Assembly: GCA_021734835.1 (NCBI GenBank)
Contig: JAIPIH010000010.1
Span: 942 to 64,941 of the forward strand
Direction of reading: 5' to 3'
Length of the DNA stretch: 64,000 nt
From: Candidatus Cloacimonadota bacterium
Lineage (GTDB): Bacteria > Cloacimonadota > Cloacimonadia > Cloacimonadales > TCS61
Position 1 is the first letter of the stretch, and the number at the start of each line of letters is the position of its first letter. This document shows, piece after piece, positions 45,653 to 55,902 of the stretch. Under the pieces are notes generated by a model. The model made no database searches and was not told the DNA's origin. It saw nothing but the letters and a program-made list of their open reading frames with translations. The translations under genes were made by a program, and so were the position numbers.

Positions 45653-48600
45653 TTATTGTTTGATGAATTTCCAATATACATCAACACCGGTTGATTTTTC
45701 ATCCCCGCGAAATGCTTCCAGGGAAAAGTGTTTGGATATTTCATATTCCAAGGCTACTTTATCAGGTACGATCTCTTTGGATTGACCTAAAGAAAATTCT
45801 TTCTGATAACTCAGGAAAAGATTGTTCGTTATGTATTTTCCTATCAAAAAAGAACCTTGCTTCAATTTTGTGCCGCCAGAGTATTCTATCACATTTAGGT
45901 TAAGCTTATTAGCTATTTTTTCGGAAATTCGGCTGCCGATCTCTTTTGTTAGAAGACTTTTAGCAAAATCTGTCTGACTAAATTCTGAAACCTGAGTTTT
46001 CTCATTCTGGCTGATCTCATTATTACTTTTCCCAAACAACAAATATGAAACAGCATCGGCTTCACTTATTGCTTCCTCATCCAGAATAAATCTGATCTCA
46101 GGATTCAAGGAATATCCGGTTAAATGAATTTGCATTATCCTTTTTAATTTATTTGCATCACGGAAAATATGAGAAACAGTTATATCCAGATAAGGATTCA
46201 TCTCTTCTCCGCCATTGAAACTGATCTGTCCACTTACTAAATTGAATTTTCTACCATAGATCGTATAATTTCCTCTACGAGTTGTAATAAATCCGAAAAC
46301 CTCAAAATAACTGCCGGTTTTGAGAATTTCCAGATCTCCGGATAACTCAATGTTCATATTTTTATCTGTTATCCAGGTATTTCTGGGAATGTTAACTTTG
46401 ATCTTTCCGGTGAGATTTTTTATCATATCAGGGCTGGTTCTACCGGATGCTGCTTTCTTGGGCGGTCCTTCATCACTGTTGATAGTTAAAGCCTGCACAA
46501 GTAATGGCTCGCTGGTGTTTTTCACATTTTTATTATTACCTTTTAATTCATCCAGATTGATCTTAGCTCTCAATATATCAATTTGTCCACCATAGATCGG
46601 ATAATCGGCAGATCCATTAATATTTACGTCAAAGTCAGTTAACAACTGCAGCTTCTTTTTATTCAGAGCTAAAAAATTATCTCCCTGGGCGTGAAAATAA
46701 AGCTCACTGTTCTCATTTGCTATCAGGTCTTTTAAATTTGTGTGACCGGAAACAGTAAGATTACCTTCTCCACCTTTCAGGAAGAATTCTGTAATGAACA
46801 ATGTATCCTTGATGATGATAGAATTTAATTTCATTTTATTATAATCTATACCATAACGAGGAACAATGATACTACCATTCCTCAGATTTACATTACCTTT
46901 AAATTCTGGATCCTGCAAAGTATTATAAACGCTGAAATCCAAGTTGAGAATACCGTTTATATTTTCAAATTGGGTAGTAAAGTTGTCCATGAAACGCAGA
47001 TCAAGGTCATTGACCATCAGATCAACTTTAAAGGGAGCTGTTGGGGAGATGAGGTCATTATCTGGCATCAGATCAACAGGGAATTGCGCCAGACCCAAAA
47101 CTTGCTCATTATCACTTCGAATGATCTGGAATTCACTATTCAGTAGATTATTATTAATCATGAGATCAGCAGTGATCTTTTTTAGTAGATATTCATTCAT
47201 TTGAGGATCTTGAATAATCAGATCGGCATTGATCTCCGGGTCTTGAAGGCTGCCCTTGATCTTTGAATCAAAATCAAGAATACCGCCGATCTTCATAGGC
47301 AGAATATGTAATCCATTGATTTGACGCAGGTCAATCCCTGCCAGTCCGATATGCATATCAACTTGTTCTACCGGATTGTAATATCCGTTTATTCTGATCG
47401 CACCACTCTCATTGATCAAAGAAAAATTCTCAAGATAATAGTCATTATCTTTAAGTCTGAACATTGCAGAATCATGTTCTGTCTCTAAAAATTGGTTGCC
47501 GGCTGATATTAACAAATAGGGAAGTTCTACTTTGAAAATACTATCGAGGATAACCTTACTTTTGGAAGTTAATTTAAGTGAATCAGAAACTATAACCAAT
47601 TCATTTCTAAAAGTATTCAAATTACCTGAACTTATCAGCTCTATTTTATTTAAATCAAATTTGTTAATTTTAAAATCATGAGCATTAATTTCACTAGAAA
47701 ACTCGATATTTTCAACTTGTTTATTTAGAGCAACATCTGCAATGAGCGAATCAAGAGACATATTATTGTAAGAAAAGTTATTAAGCTGCAGGTTTGTTGT
47801 GTTTTTCAAATTGGAAATTGTACCTTTTACAGATCCTTTTAATTCGACACTTCCAGATATATCTCCAATTAAAAAATATTTTTGCAGAGGCTTTAGATTA
47901 TAAGAATTTAAACTATAAGCGATCTCATGATCTCCTTCCAACGCTCCCTTACCTGCGGCATTTATTGATATTCCCATTGCATCAGCAGAAAAATTGTTTA
48001 GATCATAGTTTTTATTGGCGTAATAAAAATCTGTATTAAGTGTATTCAAATTGTATTCTCCATAGCTGGATGTTGTAACACTTAATTTCAAACCGGTTTT
48101 CAGCTCATCTCTGCTTAAACCGCTGCCTTTGAGGTCAAAATTGAAGTTCAGATCAGAAATGTTATCTTTGTTTCCGGTTACTTCGCTTAAATTAAGTTTT
48201 TCAGCGCTGCCGCTCAGATCAAACTCGGGGACGGCAAAAAGTTTATTTATTCTTCCTTTTAAGTTTACACTGCCAGCAGGACTATTTATTTTAAGGTCTA
48301 AATTTGCCGAATCCTTATTTTTATCTGCCAGCAGTAATAATGTGTTTATTCTTTTCTCCCCAAGATAGGAATCTGTAGAGTTCAATTTCATAAAGCCGGT
48401 TATTCCCTGGAGTTCAGTTCCTTTCCCGGCTAATTCCATTTCTAAATTCAGATCAGTAGAAACATCAAATCCTTTCAGCCAATCAGCCATATTTATCTTC
48501 GCAAATTTAAGATCAGCTTTGTATTCCGGATCATGATAAATAGAATTGATATAAGACTCCAAACTGATCGTCTGCTCGTTGATCTGTAATTTAATATCGG

Positions 48601-49465
48601 AGTTCATCTCATCATTTTCCAGAACTAATTTTAAAAAGATAAGAGGATATTTCCTGAGTGGCAGCTCAGAAAAAAGGTTTGTGAATTCGTATAAATCTAA
48701 TGGTTGTAATTCAAACTGGAGATTTAAAAGCTTTCCTGAATTTAGATCGTAGCTGGTTTTAGCACTCATTTCATTCCGAATTGTTTGCAGTTTAAGATCG
48801 CTGATCACCAATAAACTATCCTGCAATTTTCCGGTAAATCCTAAATCCCTGATCGTAATGTTTGGAACGGAAGACTGTAAACTAAATGTTGTTAAATTCA
48901 CACTGAGTTCATTCTGCTTATAAGAAGCCTCTGCAGTTAAATTCAGATCTGATATTTTTTGGGGAATAAACCGACCGGTTTCAATTAAGTTAAGTACTGC
49001 ATTTAAATTTACGATCTGCAAATTTTTCAGCTCGATCTGCCAGTTAATCTCAGTTTGCTGTAATCCGATTTTTGTAGAATCTGTAGGTGGTAATATTTGT
49101 GAAAAATTCCAGCTTCCCGGCTCCTGCTCTGTCAGCAGTAGATCCACATCCTGAATTTTGAAATCATTTATGATCAATTTTTTCTTCAACAAAGGCAAAA
49201 TTTTGTAATTAATAGAAATTTCTTTGCAGGTAAAGATCTGTTCATTCTGAGTTGAAAGTTCAAGATTTTCCAAAGCAATATTACTTAATAAACTACCCTT
49301 AACTTTACCTATACTTAATTCCGCTGCAACTAAATTTTTGTTAGCGGCTTTGATAATGGTTTTGCGAACTATATTCTTAAAAATAGCTGAGTTCAAAAAC
49401 GAAACTGCTGTTAAAATGATCAGGCATAGTATTAAAATGATAATTGATCTTTTTTTCATTTTCAT
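45653..49465 (-). CDS. tamB: Translocation and assembly module protein TamB (AsmA-like, DUF490 C-terminus)
   Basis: 1270 aa with an N-terminal anchor helix and a repetitive beta-rich body. C-terminal LFLSYQKEF...LEYEISKHFSLEAF is typical of TamB. Directly downstream of an Omp85 gene. Confidence 0.8.
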   Translation of the reverse strand: MKMKKRSIIILILCLIILTAVSFLNSAIFKNIVRKTIIKAANKNLVAAELSIGKVKGSLLSNIALENLELSTQNEQIFTCKEISINYKILPLLKKKLIINDFKIQDVDLLLTEQEPGSWNFSQILPPTDSTKIGLQQTEINWQIELKNLQIVNLNAVLNLIETGRFIPQKISDLNLTAEASYKQNELSVNLTTFSLQSSVPNITIRDLGFTGKLQDSLLVISDLKLQTIRNEMSAKTSYDLNSGKLLNLQFELQPLDLYEFTNLFSELPLRKYPLIFLKLVLENDEMNSDIKLQINEQTISLESYINSIYHDPEYKADLKFAKINMADWLKGFDVSTDLNLEMELAGKGTELQGITGFMKLNSTDSYLGEKRINTLLLLADKNKDSANLDLKINSPAGSVNLKGRINKLFAVPEFDLSGSAEKLNLSEVTGNKDNISDLNFNFDLKGSGLSRDELKTGLKLSVTTSSYGEYNLNTLNTDFYYANKNYDLNNFSADAMGISINAAGKGALEGDHEIAYSLNSYNLKPLQKYFLIGDISGSVELKGSVKGTISNLKNTTNLQLNNFSYNNMSLDSLIADVALNKQVENIEFSSEINAHDFKINKFDLNKIELISSGNLNTFRNELVIVSDSLKLTSKSKVILDSIFKVELPYLLISAGNQFLETEHDSAMFRLKDNDYYLENFSLINESGAIRINGYYNPVEQVDMHIGLAGIDLRQINGLHILPMKIGGILDFDSKIKGSLQDPEINADLIIQDPQMNEYLLKKITADLMINNNLLNSEFQIIRSDNEQVLGLAQFPVDLMPDNDLISPTAPFKVDLMVNDLDLRFMDNFTTQFENINGILNLDFSVYNTLQDPEFKGNVNLRNGSIIVPRYGIDYNKMKLNSIIIKDTLFITEFFLKGGEGNLTVSGHTNLKDLIANENSELYFHAQGDNFLALNKKKLQLLTDFDVNINGSADYPIYGGQIDILRAKINLDELKGNNKNVKNTSEPLLVQALTINSDEGPPKKAASGRTSPDMIKNLTGKIKVNIPRNTWITDKNMNIELSGDLEILKTGSYFEVFGFITTRRGNYTIYGRKFNLVSGQISFNGGEEMNPYLDITVSHIFRDANKLKRIMQIHLTGYSLNPEIRFILDEEAISEADAVSYLLFGKSNNEISQNEKTQVSEFSQTDFAKSLLTKEIGSRISEKIANKLNLNVIEYSGGTKLKQGSFLIGKYITNNLFLSYQKEFSLGQSKEIVPDKVALEYEISKHFSLEAFRGDEKSTGVDVYWKFIKQ

Positions 49466-49466
49466 A

Positions 49467-51275
49467 TTAAAATGCGTGTCCTATGTTCAAATGGATCTGA
49501 ACACTGCTTTTCTCATCCCAGAGTGGCTGTGCGACATCAAGTCGCAGCGGACCAATAGGAGTTTTAAATCTTAGACCGGCACCGGGAGAATATTTAAGTT
49601 CATTCAGATCATGAGCATTATATTCTTTCCAGACGTTACCAGCATCCATAAACACAACTAAATAAACGAATTTATAGATCTTCTGTCTTAATTCTGCGGA
49701 AAATTCCAGATAACTATTTCCACCGATGGGTGTTCCTGTTTCATTTTTCGGACCCACCCGACTTCTGCTCCAACCTCTTATAGATGTGCTGCCGCCGGCA
49801 TAAAATCTCTCTTCCAATGGTGTTGCCTGATCACCCCAAATAGGTTTCATCGCTCCAAGTTTAACTCTACCGGCAAAAACCAGATCAGCCCAGAGTTCAT
49901 TGTATTTTCGGATGTCGATTAATCCCTGAACGTAATGATACTTGCTCTTTAATTTTAATCCTGAAATACTAAATGAATAGGCAGCAAAAAGTCCTCTATC
50001 CGGATAAAAAGCCGGTTCTGAATCATCAAAGTTCATACCTTGTGAAACTGTGGATTTATTATAATATTCTTTTAAGGGATTATCTTCAATATCGTTAGCG
50101 AGGTCAATCAAACTTCTTTCAAACCTGTAACTGAAAAATCCGCTCAGGCTGGATGTGATTATATTTTGAAACGTCATAATACTGCCAAAACTTTCCAAAG
50201 TATAAGCAGATTCCTTTTCTTTTTTTACAAAGGATTTGGAAATTAGTGAATTGTAGGGACCAAATAATGCCGGTTGGGTGATCTTTAAACTGAGATTATA
50301 CGGCTCAAGATAGGAATGTTTTATATAAACATTGGCACTTCGGGCATCACCTAAAAAGTTCAATTTTAATAGATTTACCGAAGCTCTAAAACGATCTTCC
50401 AAACCGTAACCAATACCAAATTTAACAGACCATTCTGGCATTTCCTGAACAAATATCTCAATTGGAAGCCTATCTGACTCAATCTGATCCAGGAGGCTTT
50501 TCATGGTTACGTATTTAAAAACTCCCAACTGTTGGATGCGTCGCTGATTTTCTTGCAGCAGATTTTGAGAGTACTGCTTATCTTGAAAGGATAACTGTTT
50601 TTTTATGACTTTCGTTGAAGTACGTTCATTTCCTAAAACTGTAATATTTCCAAACTTACAAAGTTTACCGGTCGAGATTGTATAAACAACATCAACTTTC
50701 TTCTTTTTATCCGTAAAAATGATCTCCTGCTCAATATCCGATGAGGGGAAACCTCGGTTTAAAAGCAGATTAAAAAACACTTTTCTCAAAGCAAATACAT
50801 CAGCATCTCTAAATCTACGATTATTTTGCAGCGGCCAATTTTCTTTATTTGAAACTAAAAATTGCATTACAGAATTTTGTATCTCCGGAGTGGGACTTAT
50901 TATTTCAAGTTCAATATTATTGACCAAGATCGGGTTATGTTCCTGAATGTAATAAAGCAGATTTATCTTACCGGTTTTTGCATTAATCTCTTTTTTCACT
51001 TCAACTTTAACGTTCAGGAATCCTTCCCTCTGATAATCCGCAATAATTCTCTGGATATCATCATCCAGGTACATTTCGGTGTAAGCTGCAGTTTTTTTCC
51101 AAAAAAGCAATCTTTGAGCAAGATTCTCAGGCTTTATGATTAAATTTTTTAACAACCGCGCATCGGATATCGTATTATTGCCAACGAATTGAACCTTTCC
51201 TATAAAATAATCTTCTTTTGCAATAAGCAATAAGCATAACATCAGCAATATTAATAAAATTATCAACTTTTTCAT
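49467..51275 (-). CDS. tamA: Omp85-family outer membrane protein (TamA-like)
   Basis: Signal peptide, POTRA repeats (VQFVGNNTISDARLL...), a C-terminal beta-barrel with RGW/YAGG motifs (FYAGGSTSIRGW), and terminal aromatic F. Confidence 0.8.
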   Translation of the reverse strand: MKKLIILLILLMLCLLLIAKEDYFIGKVQFVGNNTISDARLLKNLIIKPENLAQRLLFWKKTAAYTEMYLDDDIQRIIADYQREGFLNVKVEVKKEINAKTGKINLLYYIQEHNPILVNNIELEIISPTPEIQNSVMQFLVSNKENWPLQNNRRFRDADVFALRKVFFNLLLNRGFPSSDIEQEIIFTDKKKKVDVVYTISTGKLCKFGNITVLGNERTSTKVIKKQLSFQDKQYSQNLLQENQRRIQQLGVFKYVTMKSLLDQIESDRLPIEIFVQEMPEWSVKFGIGYGLEDRFRASVNLLKLNFLGDARSANVYIKHSYLEPYNLSLKITQPALFGPYNSLISKSFVKKEKESAYTLESFGSIMTFQNIITSSLSGFFSYRFERSLIDLANDIEDNPLKEYYNKSTVSQGMNFDDSEPAFYPDRGLFAAYSFSISGLKLKSKYHYVQGLIDIRKYNELWADLVFAGRVKLGAMKPIWGDQATPLEERFYAGGSTSIRGWSRSRVGPKNETGTPIGGNSYLEFSAELRQKIYKFVYLVVFMDAGNVWKEYNAHDLNELKYSPGAGLRFKTPIGPLRLDVAQPLWDEKSSVQIHLNIGHAF

Positions 51276-51541
51276 TAGTACTATATAATTATATCAAAGT
51301 TTAGCTGTCAATTTTAGTTTGAACATAACTGCTACTCTTTAACAAAAAATGGTTTAATGCAGCACTTTAAGATAAGTTTTATCATTATGTAACCTGTTCA
51401 CAATTTAGTATTTGTACTTAATAAACAAGAGGGAATCACTTATTGCCCTTTTTTTGTCTTGACGATTACCTGCAAAAATCTGAGTTAAAAACATATTGCA
51501 GCATTTGATAAATGGAATGAACCGAAATTTAAAAAAAAGAG

Positions 51542-52150
51542 GTGAAAATGAATAAAGTAATTCAACATCTGAAAAAATATATTTTGGCCGGTATTTTAGC
51601 AATTATCCCGCTATTTTTAGTTTTGATCATTGTGCGTTTCTTTTATCTTTTCATCGATCAAAATGTTTTGGATCTGATCGATGATTACATCGGTATCAGA
51701 ATTCCCGGACTTGGTTTATTATTAACTGTTTTGCTTCTTTATTTCGTAGGATTGTTATCTCGTAATTTATTTGGCAAATGGCTGCTGAATATATTTGAAC
51801 GCATTACCCAGAAAATTCCAATTATTGGGACAACCTACCAGGTGGGAAAACAGATTTCCAATACACTTTCTCTACCGGAAAAGCAGGTTTTTAAAAAAGT
51901 TGTTTTAATTCACTATTTGAATGATGAACTTTATACTGTCGGATTCATCACCGGCTCACTGATCGAAAAAAAATCACAAAAGATATTATATAAGATCTTT
52001 GTACCTACGCCGCCTAATCCCACAACCGGTACAATAATTATTGCCAAAGAAACTGACTTCATAGAGCCGGGCTGGACTATTGACGAAGGTATTCGAACTG
52101 TTATTTCTGCCGGAATTATTGGTCCAAAAGACATAAATTTACAATTATAA
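51542..52150 (+). CDS. DUF502-family membrane protein
   Basis: Two N-terminal TM helices, then PIIGTTY...K.VVL...G....GF.T..........V.VPT.PNPT.G pattern. AAGAGGTG SD. Confidence 0.7.
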   Translation: MKMNKVIQHLKKYILAGILAIIPLFLVLIIVRFFYLFIDQNVLDLIDDYIGIRIPGLGLLLTVLLLYFVGLLSRNLFGKWLLNIFERITQKIPIIGTTYQVGKQISNTLSLPEKQVFKKVVLIHYLNDELYTVGFITGSLIEKKSQKILYKIFVPTPPNPTTGTIIIAKETDFIEPGWTIDEGIRTVISAGIIGPKDINLQL

Positions 52151-52311
52151 TAAAAGCTGAATTTCCTGAATTCCTAACCTGATTCAAATAATAATAGAGC
52201 AGCAAAAGTGAAACATACTGAAACCCTTTTGAGGTTAAGGATTTACTTAAGCTCCGGGATAAATTGTATTTATTATAGTTATTGCTGCTCTCATCTACTC
52301 ATTTGTTTTAC

Positions 52312-52345
52312 AAAAAAAACCGCCTTGTACAAGGCGGCTTTTTGT
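52312..52345. terminator. Bidirectional Rho-independent terminator
   Basis: A8-CCGCCTT-GTAC-AAGGCGG-CTTTTT. A 7-bp GC-rich stem is flanked by A/T runs on both sides, 21 nt after the stop of the minus-strand T9SS cargo gene. Confidence 0.8.
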
Positions 52346-52365
52346 TATGATAACTGTTACTGAAA

Positions 52366-55263
52366 TTATTTCAACAGCAACATTTTCTTAACTTCTGTGT
52401 AGCTTTCTGACGATAACCTGTAGAAATATACACCTGAGGCATTTTTAGAAGCATCCCAGTTATAAGTTATTCTACCTGTATTTTCATCATTCGCTGTAAA
52501 GGTTTCTCTGGCAACCACCCTACCTCGAACACTGTAGATCGTGAGTTGCGCTGTTTCACCTTCTTTGATGTCAAATTTGATATTGGTTACCGGATTGAAT
52601 GGATTAGGATAATTTCCATAAAGCAAAGTAGTATCAGGAAGTTCTGGTGTTTCCTCGCCCAAAATAGTCACAGATGTAGGTCCATATTCTGTGGAACTGC
52701 CATCATAAGCAACTGCCTCTAACCAATAAGAATATGTAACACCATTTTCAACTTCATGATCCTGATACTCATAGCTGTGAGTTGAAGTGGAGTTAAGGGC
52801 ATATTGCGTGTTGATAAGCAATTGTTCATTTGGACCGGTTTCCGATCTATAGAGATTGTAGCAATTCATTGCTGTTTCTGATTCGGTTGTCCAGGTAACA
52901 GATACAAATTCATTCTGGAAGTAAGCCGCTGTAAAGTTTGTAAGTGTTACAGGAAGACTACTGTCGTTGAGACCGAAAGCAACTGCCAGATCTGAACCGA
53001 AGATCGGGCCGCCATCACCATCATTACGATACTGAATGCCAGCATCACCGGCTAAATTCTCAATGCCGATACAAGCATCTCCTCGAACAGTAGACGAATT
53101 CACGGCTGCATCGATAGTACTTTCGGCTTCATTATATTGGATTTTGATATTTCCATTGGGATATAGAATGATCTGGAAAGTCATCCATTCAGATGCATCG
53201 AAATAGTCATAATAATGATAATATGTTACAACGAATTGTGTTGCATCACCACCATAATAAATAGCACCGTTTGGTGTTCCGGTATCATTATCCAGGTCCA
53301 TCAAACAACCGGCTATCATATTATTCGGAGTATCGGCGTCTGGAATTGAAGCAGAAGAACCAGTTGAAGAAAAGCCAGTGCCAAAAGTAATTAAACCGTT
53401 CGTACCAATATATACATCCGCAGTTCGATAAACATTTCCGAAGAAAGTAAAATCAAAACCAATATCCGGAACCTCAAAATATCCATCATCAGCTGAGCCA
53501 GATGTCCAGGTTGTAATTTCTGTGTGAGATGCATAATTTATCCAATTATAGGTTGGGTGAGAAGGAGCGCCGCCTGCTTCGCTGTTGGCGAAGAAATAAT
53601 TTCCTTGAGCAGCACCGCCGCCACCATAATTAGCTTCCCTGCCATCACCTGTCAAAGGCACATCTGTGGCAGCTCTGCTGGCTTTTGTTGCACTTCTATC
53701 TGAGAATCTGCCATCCGTGATCGTTAGATTGGCTGTTTTGGCTCCCTCTGAGGTTGGAGCAAAAGCAACATCTACAGTGATTGATTCACTTGCACCAAGA
53801 TCATGAGGATAGGTATTTCCATCGGTAAGCACAAATTGATCTGCATCTGTTCCGGTAAATGCTACATCTGTTACCGTGAGTGTACCGCCACCCAAATTGG
53901 AAATTGTAAAAGTCTGTTCAACAGAAGTATCTCCGAGATTAACCGTTCCAAAATCAAAGGAAGTCGGATTAACGGCGAAGACAGGTATTGCCGGAATATC
54001 CTGAAACTCAAATCTGGTGTTTGGATAATACGTGCTTTCAGTTCCTGCGGGTGGAGCTGCGGGATCAGGGTTAGTGGAATCACTAAAATAATGATAACTT
54101 ACGTATGCTCTTGTATCTTGGTCGCAATAGAATTCATCTGAAGAAGAAGTATATGAGCTAGCATTTTCATCAACTGCAACAACGAGATTACCATCAGTTG
54201 CGGGATCATAAGCAAACGGATTGTTGAGTGTTATTTCAAGCCATCCGTCACCGCTTACTAATTCCAGATCGACATCACCACTAAACACTTGATCAAGTTC
54301 GGCAACTGGGATCCAATCTAAAAGAGCATTATCTGATGTTGTTCCCATGTAAATCGTCCAATCATCACTATCAGCATCACCGCCACCCCAACTGTAATTG
54401 TACCAGATTTTTTCAATTCTTTTATCAGCTGGTATCGTTCCGAAATCTGATGCGAGGTAAATTGTTTGAGAATAGGAATAGCCATAAAAAGGCTCGATTG
54501 GCAGATGTTCATTAGTGGCAGTACCTGCTCCAATTTGAACTATAGCAGGATCCAACATTGTTGTAAAACTCCAAACAGGGCCAGAGTAAGTTGCTCTGGC
54601 AGAATTAACTGATATTACTTGCCACTCGTATTCGGTATCAAAGCTCAAACCAGAGTAGGTATAACTACCTGTTGCCCCGGCAGCAACACCGGAAACAACC
54701 TCTACCATAGCACCGGCAGGCCCAAACCATAGATCATAAGTGTCTGTATCTGCGCCAAAATCCCAGGTGAGATCACCGGATAAGGCTATATCTGTGGCAT
54801 TATCAGCAGGGCTTGGATTGGTAGGAGCTCCTGGGGCGCCAGCTAGAACATAATGAAATTCAACTGTGATCCCTGTGGCTTGATGTCCACCATCACCCCA
54901 ACTATCTTCAATCCACAAAATCCAGGTACCATTCATTGATTCGTTGCTAAAATCTGAGATCGTATGATTATATGTTCCGCTAAATTCTCCAGATGCAATT
55001 TCGACTGATGTGCCTAAAGGTGATTCTAACCAGAATGAACCTTCAGAAGCATAATTATCTGTACCCCAAGTGTAATCAACAACAACATCGGTGACATTAT
55101 CTGTTTGAGTAACAACGATTTCAGTCCAACCAAGTTCTGTATAGGTATTAGAGTCATAAGAACCAGGATCAGGACTGTCGGCTGGTAAGTAATCGTATTG
55201 ATCACTGAATGCCATACTTGCTGCAAAAACAAAAATAAGTAACAATAAAAATTTTTTCATCAT
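52366..55263 (-). CDS. Large secreted multi-domain protein with T9SS-type C-terminal sorting domain
   Basis: - Signal peptide.
- P-domain-like module (GSFWLESPLGTSVEI...NGTWILWIEDSWGDGG).
- FN3-like module (PTNPSPADNATDI...).
- Ig-like 'choice-of-anchor D'-like module (FDFGTVNLGDTSVEQTFTISNLGGGTLTV).
- C-terminal LYGNYPNPFNPVTNIKFDI...ASGVYFYRL...KKMLLLK, a T9SS type A CTD pattern. Confidence 0.8.
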   Translation of the reverse strand: MMKKFLLLLIFVFAASMAFSDQYDYLPADSPDPGSYDSNTYTELGWTEIVVTQTDNVTDVVVDYTWGTDNYASEGSFWLESPLGTSVEIASGEFSGTYNHTISDFSNESMNGTWILWIEDSWGDGGHQATGITVEFHYVLAGAPGAPTNPSPADNATDIALSGDLTWDFGADTDTYDLWFGPAGAMVEVVSGVAAGATGSYTYSGLSFDTEYEWQVISVNSARATYSGPVWSFTTMLDPAIVQIGAGTATNEHLPIEPFYGYSYSQTIYLASDFGTIPADKRIEKIWYNYSWGGGDADSDDWTIYMGTTSDNALLDWIPVAELDQVFSGDVDLELVSGDGWLEITLNNPFAYDPATDGNLVVAVDENASSYTSSSDEFYCDQDTRAYVSYHYFSDSTNPDPAAPPAGTESTYYPNTRFEFQDIPAIPVFAVNPTSFDFGTVNLGDTSVEQTFTISNLGGGTLTVTDVAFTGTDADQFVLTDGNTYPHDLGASESITVDVAFAPTSEGAKTANLTITDGRFSDRSATKASRAATDVPLTGDGREANYGGGGAAQGNYFFANSEAGGAPSHPTYNWINYASHTEITTWTSGSADDGYFEVPDIGFDFTFFGNVYRTADVYIGTNGLITFGTGFSSTGSSASIPDADTPNNMIAGCLMDLDNDTGTPNGAIYYGGDATQFVVTYYHYYDYFDASEWMTFQIILYPNGNIKIQYNEAESTIDAAVNSSTVRGDACIGIENLAGDAGIQYRNDGDGGPIFGSDLAVAFGLNDSSLPVTLTNFTAAYFQNEFVSVTWTTESETAMNCYNLYRSETGPNEQLLINTQYALNSTSTHSYEYQDHEVENGVTYSYWLEAVAYDGSSTEYGPTSVTILGEETPELPDTTLLYGNYPNPFNPVTNIKFDIKEGETAQLTIYSVRGRVVARETFTANDENTGRITYNWDASKNASGVYFYRLSSESYTEVKKMLLLK

Positions 55264-55902
55264 GTTTCCCCTCCATTTTCTTTTTGATTAATTAATATAT
55301 AATCTTAGTAAGATGAACAATAGCAGTTGATAATGCCAAACACTTTTTTTTTCAGCGGGGTTTTTTCTGAATTCAATTCATAATTTATGACTGGAATTAC
55401 TAACAGATATATAATGTTATACTGCCGAAAGAAATTGCAATTATTCCGATCAAATACAGGATCTACAGTATTAGGTCATTCCTTGAGTTTATTTTATTTC
55501 TTGCCTAACTGAGTAAGATGCAGTTTTGTTAAAAAAAGTTTTATGGCTTCTCTTTAATTCATTATACTAAATTTTCTGAGGCTAAGCTTTTTATAATTAG
55601 TCTATTCCAAAACAATCACAGAAGATATTAAGAAAGTTACTACTGAGCGGGAATGTGATATCAAGGTTCCTGAGGAGATAATTGACTTTTTAAAATTACC
55701 CTGACCTGATAATAAGACGACCAGCCACATCCAAGCCTATAACTTCAAAGAAACAGTAAATTCCAATATCCCATTCTATCCAATCTATGATGATCGCAGG
55801 TGGGGTAGAAGTACGATAAAGTAGACTAAAGTATGATAATTTCAATTGACAGAGAAGCAAGAGAAAAAAAGATAAGCAAAAATTGAATAAGAAGGATGAA
55901 AT

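Noticed and set aside
51405-51602. 65-aa minus-strand ORF overlapping the start of the DUF502 gene.
   Set aside because: It overlaps a better-supported gene and its SD, and has no motif or RBS. Likely spurious.
52366-55263. Higher GC of the T9SS cargo gene as evidence of horizontal transfer.
   Set aside because: The shift is explained by its Gly/Asp/Thr/Ala/Pro-rich amino-acid composition. There are no flanking mobility genes or repeats.
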